Counted from the stretch's first letter, positions 30,001-42,136 are shown. The stretch is 64,000 nt of DNA from Balanoglossus misakiensis (GCA_040954595.2 CM082588.2:7486844-7550843), one strand, 5' to 3'. Translations and numbers: made by a program. The notes: a model not told the origin generated them from the letters alone.

Positions 30001-33000
30001 ATTTTTCGTCTTCGCGAATTTTCAAAATGTGGTCATTTTTTGATAAAAACCATGGGTTATAGCTCATGAAAATGGTCCAGAAACCTCTATTTTTCGACTT
30101 CGCGAATTTTCAAATTGTGGTCATTTTTGATAAAAACCATGGGTTATAGCTCATGAAAATGGTCCAGAAACCTCAATTTTTCGACATCGCGAATTTTCAA
30201 AATGTGGTCATTTTTTGATAAAAACCATGGGTTATAGCTCATGAAAATGGTCCAGAAACCTCAATTTTTCGACTTCGCGAATTTTCGAAATGTGGTCATT
30301 TTTTGATAAAAACCATGGGTTATAGCTCATGAAAATGGTCCAGAAACCTAAATTTTTCGACTTCGCGAATTTTCAAAATGTGGTCATTTTTTGATAAAAA
30401 CCATGGGTTATAGCTCATGAAAATGGTCCAGAAACCTCAATTTTTTCGACTTCGCGAATTTTCGAAATGTGGTCATTTTTGATAAAAACCATGGGTTATA
30501 GCTCATGAAAATGGTCCAGAAACCTCAATTTTTCGACTTCGCGAATTTTCAAAATGTGGTCATTTTTTGATAAAAACCATGGGTTATAGCTCATGAAAAT
30601 GGTCCAGAAACCTCAATTTTTCGACTTCGCGAATTTTCAAAATGTGGTCATTTTTTGATAAAAACCATGGGTTATAGCTCATGAAAATGGTCCAGAAACC
30701 TCAATTTTTCGACTTCGCGAATTTTCAAAATGTGGTCATTTTTTGATAAAAACCATGGGTTATAGCTCATGAAAATGGTCCAGAAACCTCAATTTTTCGA
30801 CTTCGCGAATTTTCAAAATGTGGTCATTTTTTGATAATAACCATGGATTATAGCTCATGAAATTGGTCCAGAAACCTCAATTTTTCGACTTCGCGAATTT
30901 TCAAAATGTGGTCATTTTTTGATAAAAACCATGGGTTATAGCTCATGAAAATGGTCAGAAACCTAAATTTTTCGACATCGCGAATTTTCAAAATGTGGTC
31001 ATTTTTTAATAAAAACCATGGGTTATAGCTCATGAAAATGGTCCAGAAACCTCAATTTTTCGACTTCGCGAATTTTCAAAATGTGGTCATTTTTTTGATA
31101 AAAACCATGGGTTATAGCTCATGAAAATGGTCCAGAAACCTCAATTTTCGACTTCGCGGAATTTTCAAAATGTGGTCATTTTTTGATAAAAACCATGGGT
31201 TATAGCTCCTGAAAATGGTCCAGAAACCTCAATTTTTCGACTTCGCGAATTTTCAAAAATTTTCGACTTCGCGAATTTTCGAAATGTGGTCATTTTTTGA
31301 TAAAAACCATGGGTTATAGCTCATGAAAATGGTCCAGAAACCTCAATTTTTCGACTTCGCGAATTTTCAAAATGTGGTCATTTTTTGATAATAACCATGG
31401 GTTATAGCTCATGAAAATGGTCCAGAAACCTCAATTTTTCGACTTCGCGAATTTTCAAAATGTGGTCATTTTTTGATAAAAACCATGGGTTATAGCTCAT
31501 GAAAATGGTCCAGAAACCTAAATTTTTCGACTTCGCGAATTTTCAAAATGTGGTCATTTTTTGATAAAAACCATGGGTTATAGCTCATGAAAATGGTCCA
31601 GAAACCTCAATTTTTCGACTTCGCGAATTTTCAAAATGTGGTCATTTTTTGATAAAAACCATGGGTTATAGCTCATGAAAATGGTCCAGAAACCTCAATT
31701 TTTCGACTTCGCGAATTTTCAAAATGTGGTCATTTTTTTATAAAAACCATTGGTTATAGCTCATGAAAATGGTCCAGAAACCTCAATTTTTCGACTTCGC
31801 GAATTTTCAAAATGTGGTCATTTTTTGATAAAAACCATGGGTTATAGCTCATGAAAATGGTCCAGAAACCTCAATTTTTCGACTTCGCGAATTTTCAAAA
31901 TGTGGTCATTTTTTGATAAAAACCATGGTTATAGCTCATGAAAATGGTCCAGAAACCTCAATTTTTCGACTTCGCGAATTTCAAAATGTGGTCATTTTTG
32001 ATAAAAAACCATGGGTTATAGCTCATGAAAATGGTCCAGAAACCTCAATTTTTCGACTTCGCGAATTTTCAAAATGTGGTCATTTTTTGATAAAAACCAT
32101 GGGTTATAGCTCATGAAAATGGTCCAGAAACCTCAATTTTTCGACTTCGCGAATTTTCAAAATGTGGTCATTTTTTGATAAAAACCATGGGTTATAGCTC
32201 ATGAAAATGGTCCAGAAACCTCAATTTTTCGACTTCGCGAATTTTCAAAATGTGGTCATTTTTTGATAAAAACCATGGGTTATAGCTCATGAAAATGGTC
32301 CAGAAACCTCAATTTTTCGACTTCGCGAATTTTCAAAATGTGGTCATTTTTTGATAAAAACCATGGGTTATAGCTCATGAAAATGGTCCAGAAACCTCAA
32401 TTTTTCGACTTCGCGAATTTTCAAAATGTGGTCATTTTTTGATAAAAACCATGGGTTATAGCTCATGAAAATGGTCCAGAAACCTCAATTTTTCGACTTC
32501 GCGAATTTTCAAAATGTGGTCATTTTTTGATAAAAACCATGGGTTATAGCTCATGAAAATGGTCCAGAAACCTCAATTTTTCGACTTCGCGAATTTTCAA
32601 AATGTGGTCATTTTTTGATAAAAACCATGGGTTATAGCTCATGAAAATGGTCCAGAAACCTCAATTTTTCGACTTCGCGAATTTTCAAAATGTGGTCATT
32701 TTTTGATAATAACCATGGGTTATAGCTCATGAAAATGGTCCAGAAACCTCAATTTTTCGACTTCGCGAATTTTCAAAATGTGGTCATTTTTTGATAATAA
32801 CCATGGGTTATAGCTCATGAAAATGGTCCAGAAACCTCAATTTTTCGACTTCGCGAATTTTCAAAATGTGGTCATTTTTTGATAAAAACCATGGGTTATA
32901 GCTCATGAAAATGGTCCAGAAACCTCAATTTTTCGACTTCGCGAATTTTCAAAATGTGGTCATTTTTTGATAAAAACCATGGGTTATAGCTCATGAAAAT

Positions 33001-36000
33001 GGTCCAGAAACCTCAATTTTTCGACTTCGCGAATTTTCAAAATGTGGTCATTTTTTGATAAAAACCATGGGTTATAGCTCATGAAAATTGTCCAGAAACC
33101 TCAATTTTTCGACTTCGCGAATTTTCAAAATGTGGTCATTTTTTTATAAAAACCATGGGTTATAGCTCATGAAAATGGTCCAGAAACCTCAATTTTTCGA
33201 CTTCGCGCATTTTCAAAATGTGGTCATTTTTTGATAAAAACCATGGGTTATAGCTCATGAAAATGGTCCAGAAACCCAAATTTTTCGACTTCGCGAATTT
33301 TCAAAATGTGGTCATTTTTTGATAAAAACCATGGGTTATAGCTCATGAAAATGGTCCAGAAACCTCAATTTTTCGACTTCGCGAATTTTCAAAATGTGGT
33401 CATTTTTTGATAAAAACCATGGGTTATAGCTCATGAAAATGGTCCAGAAACCTCAATTTTTCGACTTCGCGAATTTTCAAAATGTGGTCATTTTTTGATA
33501 AAAACCATGGGTTATAGCTCATGAAAATGGTCCAGAAACCTCAATTTTTCGACTTCGCGAATTTTCAAAATGTGGTCATTTTTTGATAAAAACCATGGGT
33601 TATAGCTCATGAAAATGGTCCAGAAACCTCAATTTTTCGACTTCGCGAATTTTCAAAATGTGGTCATTTTTTGATAAAAACCATGGGTTATAGCTCATGA
33701 AAATGGTCCAGAAACCTCAATTTTTCGACTTCGCGAATTTTCAAAATGTGGTCATTTTTTGATAAAAACCATGGGTTATAGCTCATGAAAATGGTCCAGA
33801 AACCTCAATTTTTCGACTTCGCGAATTTTCAAAATGTGGTCATTTTTTGATAAAAACCATGGGTTATAGCTCATGAAAATGGTCCAGAAACCTCAATTTT
33901 TCGACTTCGCGAATTTTCAAAATGTGGTCATTTTTTGATAAAAACCATGGGTTATAGCTCATGAAAATGGTCCAGAAACCTCAATTTTTCGACTTCGCGA
34001 ATTTTCAAAATGTGGTCATTTTTTGATAATAACCATGGGTTATAGCTCATGAAAATGGTCCAGAAACCTCAATTTTTCGACTTCGCGAATTTTCAAAATG
34101 TGGTCATTTTTTGATAAAAACCATGGGTTATAGCTCATGAAAATGGTCCAGAAACCTCAATTTTTCGACTTCGCGAATTTTCAAAATGTGGTCATTTTTT
34201 GATAAAAACCATGGGTTATAGCTCATGAAAATGGTCCAGAAACCTCAATTTTTCGACTTCGCGAATTTTCAAAATGTGGTCATTTTTTGATAAAAACCAT
34301 GGGTTATAGCTCATGAAAATGGTCCAGAAACCTGAATTTTTTCGACTTCGCGAATTTTCAAAATGTGGTCATTTTTTGATAAAAACCATGGGTTATAGCT
34401 CATGAAAATGGTCCAGAAACCTGAATTTTTTCGACTTCGCGAATTTTCAAAATGTGGTCATTTTTTTATAAAAACCATGGGTTATAGCTCATGAAAATGG
34501 TCCAGAAACCTCAATTTTTCGACTTCGCGAATTTTCAAAATGTGGTCATTTTTTTATAAAAACCATGGGTTATAGCTCATGAAAATGGTCCAGAAACCTC
34601 AATTTTTCGACTTCGCGAATTTTCAAAATGTGGTCATTTTTTTATAAAAACCATGGGTTATAGCTCATGAAAATGGTCCAGAAACCTCAATTTTTCGACT
34701 TCGCGAATTTTCAAAATGTGGTCATTTTTTGATAAAAACCATGGGTTATAGCTCATGAAAATGGTCCAGAAACCTCAATTTTTCGACTTCGCGAATTTTC
34801 AAAATGTGGTCATTTTTTGATAAAAACCATGGGTTATAGCTCATGAAAATGGTCCAGAAACCTCAATTTTTCGACTTCGCGAATTTTCAAAATGTGGTCA
34901 TTTTTTGATAAAAACCATGGGTTATAGCTCATGAAAATGGTCCAGAAACCTCAATTTTTCGACTTCGCGAATTTTCAAAATGTGGTCATTTTTTTATAAA
35001 AACCATTGGTTATAGCTCATGAAAATGGTCCAGAAACCTCAATTTTTCGACTTCGCGAATTTTCAAAATGTGGTCATTTTTTGATAAAAACCATGGGTTA
35101 TAGCTCATGAAAATGGTCCAGAAACCTCAATTTTTCGACTTCGCGAATTTTCAAAATGTGGTCATTTTTTGATAAAAACCATGGGTTATAGCTCATGAAA
35201 ATGGTCCAGAAACCTCAATTTTTCGACTTCGCGAATTTTCAAAATGTGGTCATTTTTTGATAAAAACCATGGGTTATAGCTCATGAAAATGGTCCAGAAA
35301 CCTCAATTTTTCGACTTCGCGAATTTTCAAAATGTGGTCATTTTTTGATAAAAACCATGGGTTATAGCTCATGAAAATGGTCCAGAAACCTCAATTTTTC
35401 GACTTCGCGAATTTTCAAAATGTGGTCATTTTTTGATAAAAACCATGGGTTATAGCTCATGAAAATGGTCCAGAAACCTCAATTTTTCGACTTCGCGAAT
35501 TTTCAAAATGTGGTCATTTTTTGATAAAAACCATGGGTTATAGCTCATGAAAATGGTCCAGAAACCTCAATTTTTCGACTTCGCGAATTTTCAAAATGTG
35601 GTCATTTTTTGATAAAAACCATGGGTTATAGCTCATGAAAATGGTCCAGAAACCTCAATTTTTCGACTTCGCGAATTTTCAAAATGTGGTCATTTTTTTA
35701 TAAAAACCATTGGTTATAGCTCATGAAAATGGTCCAGAAACCTCAATTTTTCGACTTCGCGAATTTTCAAAATGTGGTCATTTTTTGATAAAAACCATGG
35801 GTTATAGCTCATGAAAATGGTCCAGAAACCTCAATTTTTCGACTTCGCGAATTTTCAAAATGTGGTCATTTTTTTATAAAAACCATTGGTTATAGCTCAT
35901 GAAAATGGTCCAGAAACCTCAATTTTTCGACTTCGCGAATTTTCAAAATGTGGTCATTTTTTTATAAAAACCATGGGTTATAGCCCATGAAAATGGTCCA

Positions 36001-38717
36001 GAAACCTCAATTTTTCGACATCGCGAATTTTCAAAATGTGGTCATTTTTTGATAAAAACCATGGGTTATAGCCCATGAAAATGGTCCAGAAACCTCAATT
36101 TTTCGACTTCGCGAATTTTCAAAATGTGGTCATTTTTTGATAAAAACCATGGGTTATAGCTCATGAAAATGGTTCAGAAACCTCAATTTTTCGACTTCGC
36201 GAATTTTCAAAATGTGGTCATTTTTTGATAAAAACCATGGGTTATAGCTCATGAAAATGGTCCAGAAACCTCAATTTTTCGACTTCGCGAATTTTCAAAA
36301 TGTGGTCATTTTTTGATAAGAACCATGGGTTATAGCTCATGAAAATGGTCCAGAAACCTCAATTTTTCGTCTTCGCGAATTTTCAAAATGTGGTCATTTT
36401 TTGATAAAAACCATGGGTTATAGCTCATGAAAATGGTCCAGAAACCTCAATTTTTCGACTTCGCGAATTTTCAAAATGTGGTCATTTTTTGATAAAAACC
36501 ATGGGTTATAGCTCATGAAAATGGTCCAGAAACCTCAATTTTTCGACTTCGCGAATTTTCAAAATGTGGTCATTTTTTGATAAAAACCATGGGTTATAGC
36601 CCATGAAAATGGTCCAGAAACCTCAATTTTTCGACTTCGCGAATTTTCAAAATGTGGTCATTTTTTGATAAAAACCATGGGTTATAGCTCATGAAAATGG
36701 TCCAGAAACCTCAATTTTTCGACTTCGCGAATTTTCAAAATGTGGTCATTTTTTGATAAAAACCATGGGTTATAGCCCATGAAAATGGTCCAGAAACCTC
36801 AATTTTTCGACTTCGCGAATTTTCAAAATGTGGTCATTTTTTGATAAAAACCATGGGTTATAGCCCATGAAAATGGTCCAGAAACCTCAATTTTTCGACT
36901 TCGCGAATTTTCGAAATGTGGTCATTTTTTGATAAAAACCATGGGTTATAGCTCATGAAAATGGTCCAGAAACCTCAATTTTTCGACTTCGCGAATTTTC
37001 AAAATGTGGTCATTTTTTGATAAAAACCATGGGTTATAGCCCATGAAAATGGTCCAGCAACCTCAATTTTTCGACTTCGCGAATTTTCAAAATGTGGTCA
37101 TTTTTTGATAAAAACCATGGGTTATAGCTCATGAAAATGGTCCAGAAACCTCAATTTTTCGACTTCGCGAATTTTCAAAATGTGGTCATTTTTTGATAAG
37201 AACCATGGGTTATAGCTCATGAAAATGGTCCAGAAACCTCAATTTTTCGTCTTCGCGAATTTTCAAAATGTGGTCATTTTTTGATAAAAACCATGGGTTA
37301 TAGCTCATGAAAATGGTCCAGAAACCTCAATTTTTCGACTTCGCGAATTTTCAAAATGTGGTCATTTTTTGATAAAAACCATGGGTTATAGCTCATGAAA
37401 ATGGTCCAGAAACCTCAATTTTTCGACTTCGCGAATTTTCAAAATGTGGTCATTTTTTGATAAAAACCATGGGTTATAGCCCATGAAAATGGTCCAGAAA
37501 CCTCAATTTTTCGACTTCGCGAATTTTCGAAATGTGGTCATTTTTTGATAAAAACCATGGGTTATAGCTCATGAAAATGGTCCAGAAACCTCAATTTTTC
37601 GACTTCGCGAATTTTCAAAATGTGGTCATTTTTTGATAAAAACCATGGGTTATAGCCCATGAAAATGGTCCAGCAACCTCAATTTTTCGACTTCGCGAAT
37701 TTTCAAAATGTGGTCATTTTTTGATAAAAACCATGGGTTATAGCTCATGAAAATGGTCCAGAAACCTCAATTTTTCGACTCCGCGAATTTTCAAAATGTG
37801 GTCATTTTTTGATAAAAACCATGGGTTATAGCCCATGAAAATGGTCCAGAAACCTCAATTTTTCGTCTTCGCGAATTTTCAAAATGTGGTCATTTTTTGA
37901 TAAAAACCATGGGTTATAGCTCATGAAAATGGTCCAGAAACCTCAATTTTTCGACTTCGCGAATTTTCAAAATGTGGTCATTTTTTGATAAAAACCATGG
38001 GTTATAGCTCATGAAAATGGTCCAGAAACCTCAATTTTTCGACTTCGCGAATTTTCAAAATGTGGTCATTTTTTGATAAAAACCATGGGTTATAGCTCAT
38101 GAAAATGGTCCAGAAACCTCAATTTTTCGTCTTCGCGAATTTTCAAAATGTGGTCATTTTTTGATAAAAACCATGGGTTATAGCTCATGAAAATGGTCCA
38201 GAAACCTCAATTTTTCGACTTCGCGAATTTTCAATATTTGGTCATTTTTTGATAAAAACCATGGGTTATAGCTCATGAAAATGGTCCAGAAACCTCAATT
38301 TTTCGACTTCGCGAATTTTCAAAATGTGGTCATTTTTTGATAAAAACCATGGGTTATAGCTCATGAAAATGGTCCAGAAACCTCAATTTTTCGACTTCGC
38401 GAATTTTCAAAATGTGGTCATTTTTTGATAAAAACCATGGGTTATAGCTCATGAAAATGGTCCAGAAACCTCAATTTTTCGTCTTCGCGAATTTTCAAAA
38501 TGTGGTCATTTTTTGATAAAAACCATGGGTTATAGCTCATGAAAATGGTCCAGAAACCTCAATTTTTCGTCTTCGCGAATTTTCAAAATGTGGTCATTTT
38601 TTGATAAAAACCATGGGTTATAGCTCATGAAAATGGTCCAGAAACCTCAATTTTTCGACTTCGCGAATTTTCAAAATGTGGTCATTTTTTGATAAAAACC
38701 ATGGGTTATAGCTCATG
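1..38717. repeat. 88-bp tandem satellite DNA array (~440 monomers; continues beyond window start)
   Basis: Consensus AAAATGGTCCAGAAACCTCAATTTTTCGACTTCGCGAATTTTCAAAATGTGGTCATTTTTTGATAAAAACCATGGGTTATAGCYCATG repeats head-to-tail. Period 88 (AATGGTCC at 1 and 89; CGCGAATTTT at 7141 and 7581 = 5x88). Most monomers differ from consensus at only a few sites. Confidence 0.99.
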
Positions 38718-38890
38718 AAAATCATCCAAAAGTGACAATTTTTCGACTTTCCGAAACATCAAAATTTCGTCATTTTTTCCAAAAAATCATGGGTTATAGC
38801 TCATGAAAATCATCCAAAAGTGACAATTTTTCGACTTTCCGAAACATCAAAATTTCGTCATTTTTTAAAAAAAATCATGGGTTTAAGCTT
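38718..38890. repeat. Two diverged 88-bp edge monomers (distinct satellite subfamily)
   Basis: AAAATCATCCAAAAGTGACAATTTTTCGACTTTCCGAAACATCAAAATTTCGTCATTTTTTCCAAAAAATCATGGGTTATAGCTCATG starts at 38718 and again at 38806. It is colinear with the main consensus with 18 substitutions in 88 nt by hand count and no indels. Confidence 0.95.
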
Positions 38891-39077
38891 ATACATACAT
38901 ACATACATACATACATACATACATACATACATACATACATACATACATACATACATACGTACATACATACATACATACATACATACATACATACATACAT
39001 ACATACATACATACATACATACATACGTACGTACGTACGTACGTACATACATACATACATACATACATACATACATA
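38891..39077. repeat. (ATAC)n tetranucleotide microsatellite with interspersed GTAC units
   Basis: About 46 ATAC units, with GTAC variants near 38959 and 39027-39046. Directly abuts the last satellite monomer. Confidence 0.98.
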
Positions 39078-39109
39078 GAGTAGGGTAGTAGGAGAAACGA
39101 CAGGCGGTA

Positions 39110-39165
39110 TAATTTCTAAAACGCTGTTTTTTGAGTCACTAGACTCACTCATCAGGAGACTAAAA
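39110..39165 (-). ncRNA. Degenerate minimal type I hammerhead-ribozyme-like motif (possible Penelope-like element pLTR relic)
   Basis: Minus strand reads GTCTC-CTGATGA-GTGAGTC-TAGT-GACTCA-AAAAAC-AGC-GTT. The CUGAUGA box is intact and is followed by a 6-bp stem II hairpin. The expected C-GAAAC reads AAAAAC and stem I pairs poorly. Confidence 0.4.
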
Positions 39166-39244
39166 TGGCCACCTTCTCACAACATTCACACACGTCACTC
39201 AAACTAAAAAACCCACAGAAGAGTTGCATTTGATAACACTGAAG

Positions 39245-39250
39245 TTTATT
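39245..39250 (-). terminator. Candidate polyadenylation signal (AATAAA) of the NHS-like gene
   Basis: TTTATT on + is AATAAA on -. It is followed on the minus strand by a U/GU-rich tract (TTCTGTGGGTTTTTTAGTTTGAGTGACGTGTGTG, ~39187-39220), as expected for a downstream element. No transcript data. Confidence 0.55.
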
Positions 39251-42051
39251 ACTGATATGTACCAATTGTTTGACATCAGGAGATAGAAATCATTTCCACA
39301 CCAAGTTTTAGATTTTGTAGAAAACACCCAATCATTCCACATTCTATAAAACTGCAGCATTGTGCAAAAACCAAATCAGATTCAGATTCTTGCCAAGATT
39401 CAATCTCAAGCTAAAGTATGTCCCAACCCAACCCTTCTGCCTGTCCAATATATAGTTAAAATACAGCAATGGCAGTGTCCAAAATACACAAGAAGTTGCT
39501 TTTACAGGTAGAAATACAATAAACTGTACTGAAAGAATAATTTAAAGAAAGTGACGACTACCATCAAACTTTTTAATATATTGGTAAATTTCCCCATAGT
39601 CTGAAACTGCTTGGCTTTCAATATTTTTTGGATGTTTCTGCATTGCATCAATGAAATACTTTATCATTAAACAGTGTTCAGATTCATCCCAACTTCAGTT
39701 TTACATTTACTCATTTTGAACGTGTCCATGGTTAGAAACTTTATATTTCTGTAATTACACAACGTGATAACAAGACAATTTACTTGGGAGGATATATCAT
39801 GTACAAACAAAACAGTTTCTTACAGCCATCTTGGATGGTGCATTATGGGAATACATCATAAGTCGGCCATTTTAAAATGCTGGATCCTCTTTTCTTCTGC
39901 GTTTTTGGTAAACCACCCCTTTATGTATTGCAAAGTCCCCCATAGGCTTTTGTTACCCTTCAAATTTGCCATAAAAGATCTCAACATTCTAGATATATAT
40001 TTTCTATTTTAAAAAGACCTCTTAGCATGTACTCTAAACATTGGAAAAATATTCACAAAGAAAGAAATACAGGAATAACATTGATATATATACTGTGCAA
40101 AAAAAAATCGATAACACCATCCTTGCAAACAGCAATAGACAGAAAACTTGACACAGTTATCTGAAAACTAAAGCAAAGCTAAAATATACATGATACGAAG
40201 CCTCACAAATATGTAATACACCACAATAATAAAGTCCACGAAGTCCAAATTAAAGTTATACACCTGATCATGCAACCACCCTAAATACTGACCTATGTCA
40301 TAGGTCAAAGGTTAACTCCAGCAACAGCTTTCAATATTTGGTAAAAAGTATGCAGATTCTCTATGAAAAATAAAACATTTTTGAAACCCAACTGCTAATT
40401 TGCTTCTTCCAGTTAAAATACCAAATGTCATCTGTATATACAATTGACACGTCACATATCTATACTCATATGTACACAAAGCCCTGTGTGTGTTCGGTAT
40501 CTGTGATATATATCATCGCAACATGAAGGGCTTTATAAGTCACAAAAATATTCTGTTGCAGTTATCTTTTCTGTTTTTTAAAGGCACAAGATTTTCAAAT
40601 GGAAAGGTCACAATTTTTTCACAAAACAAAAGTTGACTTCAAATAATCACAAACAGATGAAAAGAACAGCTCTCTTCTTTAATCGTGTTGCATCTGTTTA
40701 TAAAGCTCAAAATATCATTGACTTACTATTACTTCTATAAAAACATTTGGGTAAATGAAAGTGTTAAGGTTGAACATCACTTTTTTTTAAACAGTAAAGA
40801 ATCTTTTCTTATTTTTCATTATTATTAGGGAAAGTCCTGTTTTTAACAATGGGTGATAATCAATTTGGCTTTGAAACTGAAATTGGATTGACCAATGACC
40901 ATCAATATATATGTCACATGACTTTTTGCTCCCCATCAGGTGATATGGTTTTCTGGTGTAAAATAAGTACTGGGGTGATAGCAATAATTACACAAATACA
41001 TGAGCAAGAGGAACTGTGAAATTCAAACAAGCAATCAACTTTTAGAATCATGAGTAACTGTTATGACTCATGCATACTGGCAGAGCCTAGAACATTTCAC
41101 CCACCAGACACTTACCCCAGCCCTAGCCCTTAATTTAGCTTACTGGTGGATGGGTAATATCTGCATGGTACAAGTCCAGGGTGGTACCACCTGACACACT
41201 TGTCATTTCACGATTCATTGTGAAAAAACAAAACAATAACAGAAGTGTGTAGTCAGAAGTGTGGTGAAACAGCCACTGTGATCCTAGTACAACTGAAATA
41301 CAATTACTGGTAGCAATAGTTATCCATCATTGTACAACTAAAATCATTCACCAGGCAACAGCGTGCATATAAATCAACTACATGTATTATGATATGCATT
41401 TATAGTAGTGAAAAACTGCCACTAATTTTGGTGGTCGTTGGGACATGATATTGACAGTAAAATATGCTAGGAATATTATAATCAGTTTTTCATAAAAGTT
41501 GACATTTCATCTTCAGCAAAACAAGCTTGTTGCTACATGTGTAGTTGAAATGGTCAGGCTGCCACAATTCCAATAAAATACTGCCCTGGTTATCAATATT
41601 TTCAATATCTTAATAATGCATGAACAGAGTCCTTGTCCAATCTTAGGTTACTGATTACAAAATATGAAATCAATCCAAGCACGGAAAAAATTACTTTGGT
41701 AAATTTTTCAAAACCGATTTTACATCAAAAACAAGCACCATGGTTAATAAATTAATGCAGACAATGATTTCAGTTGACGATATCTTTGGATTGGTTGAAA
41801 TAGTTAATTGGCATAATTAAATTCGTTATTTTGTGTATGAAGAGATGAATTTGCATATACCTGGTATGGAGATATTTATGCTAAGAAATCTGTATAACCT
41901 GGACAATGATCAGAATGAGAAAAACTGTAGCATTCTTTGGCTGTGACTAAATTGGTTTGGTTCAAGCTTATCTTACTATTCCTCTACTGATTGACTGAAA
42001 AAAACATGAGATATTTATACTTATGACTGGACAGTTAAAGTAACAATTTAA

Positions 42052-42136
42052 CCCTTTCACCCCCAGTTCCCTCTTTTGAGGTCCAATTTTACCATATGAG
42101 ACAATGGGTTTGGACTGAACCATGGCGGTGAAAGGG
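42052..42136. mobile_element. piggyBac-like MITE (85 bp)
   Basis: TTAA|CCCTTTCACC...GGTGAAAGGG|TTAA: 10-bp perfect TIRs with CCC/GGG termini and TTAA at 42048-51 and 42137-40. Confidence 0.8.

Noticed and set aside
205-32116. Short ORFs within the satellite (HENGPETSIFRLREFSKCGHF repeats)
   Set aside because: Translations of the 88-bp unit opened by sporadic indels. 88 is not a multiple of 3 and the consensus has stops.
1-38717. CRISPR-like array
   Set aside because: No unique spacers; monomers are contiguous and the context is eukaryotic.
38820-39152. YIHT/MYVC repeat ORFs
   Set aside because: Translations of the (ATAC)n microsatellite.
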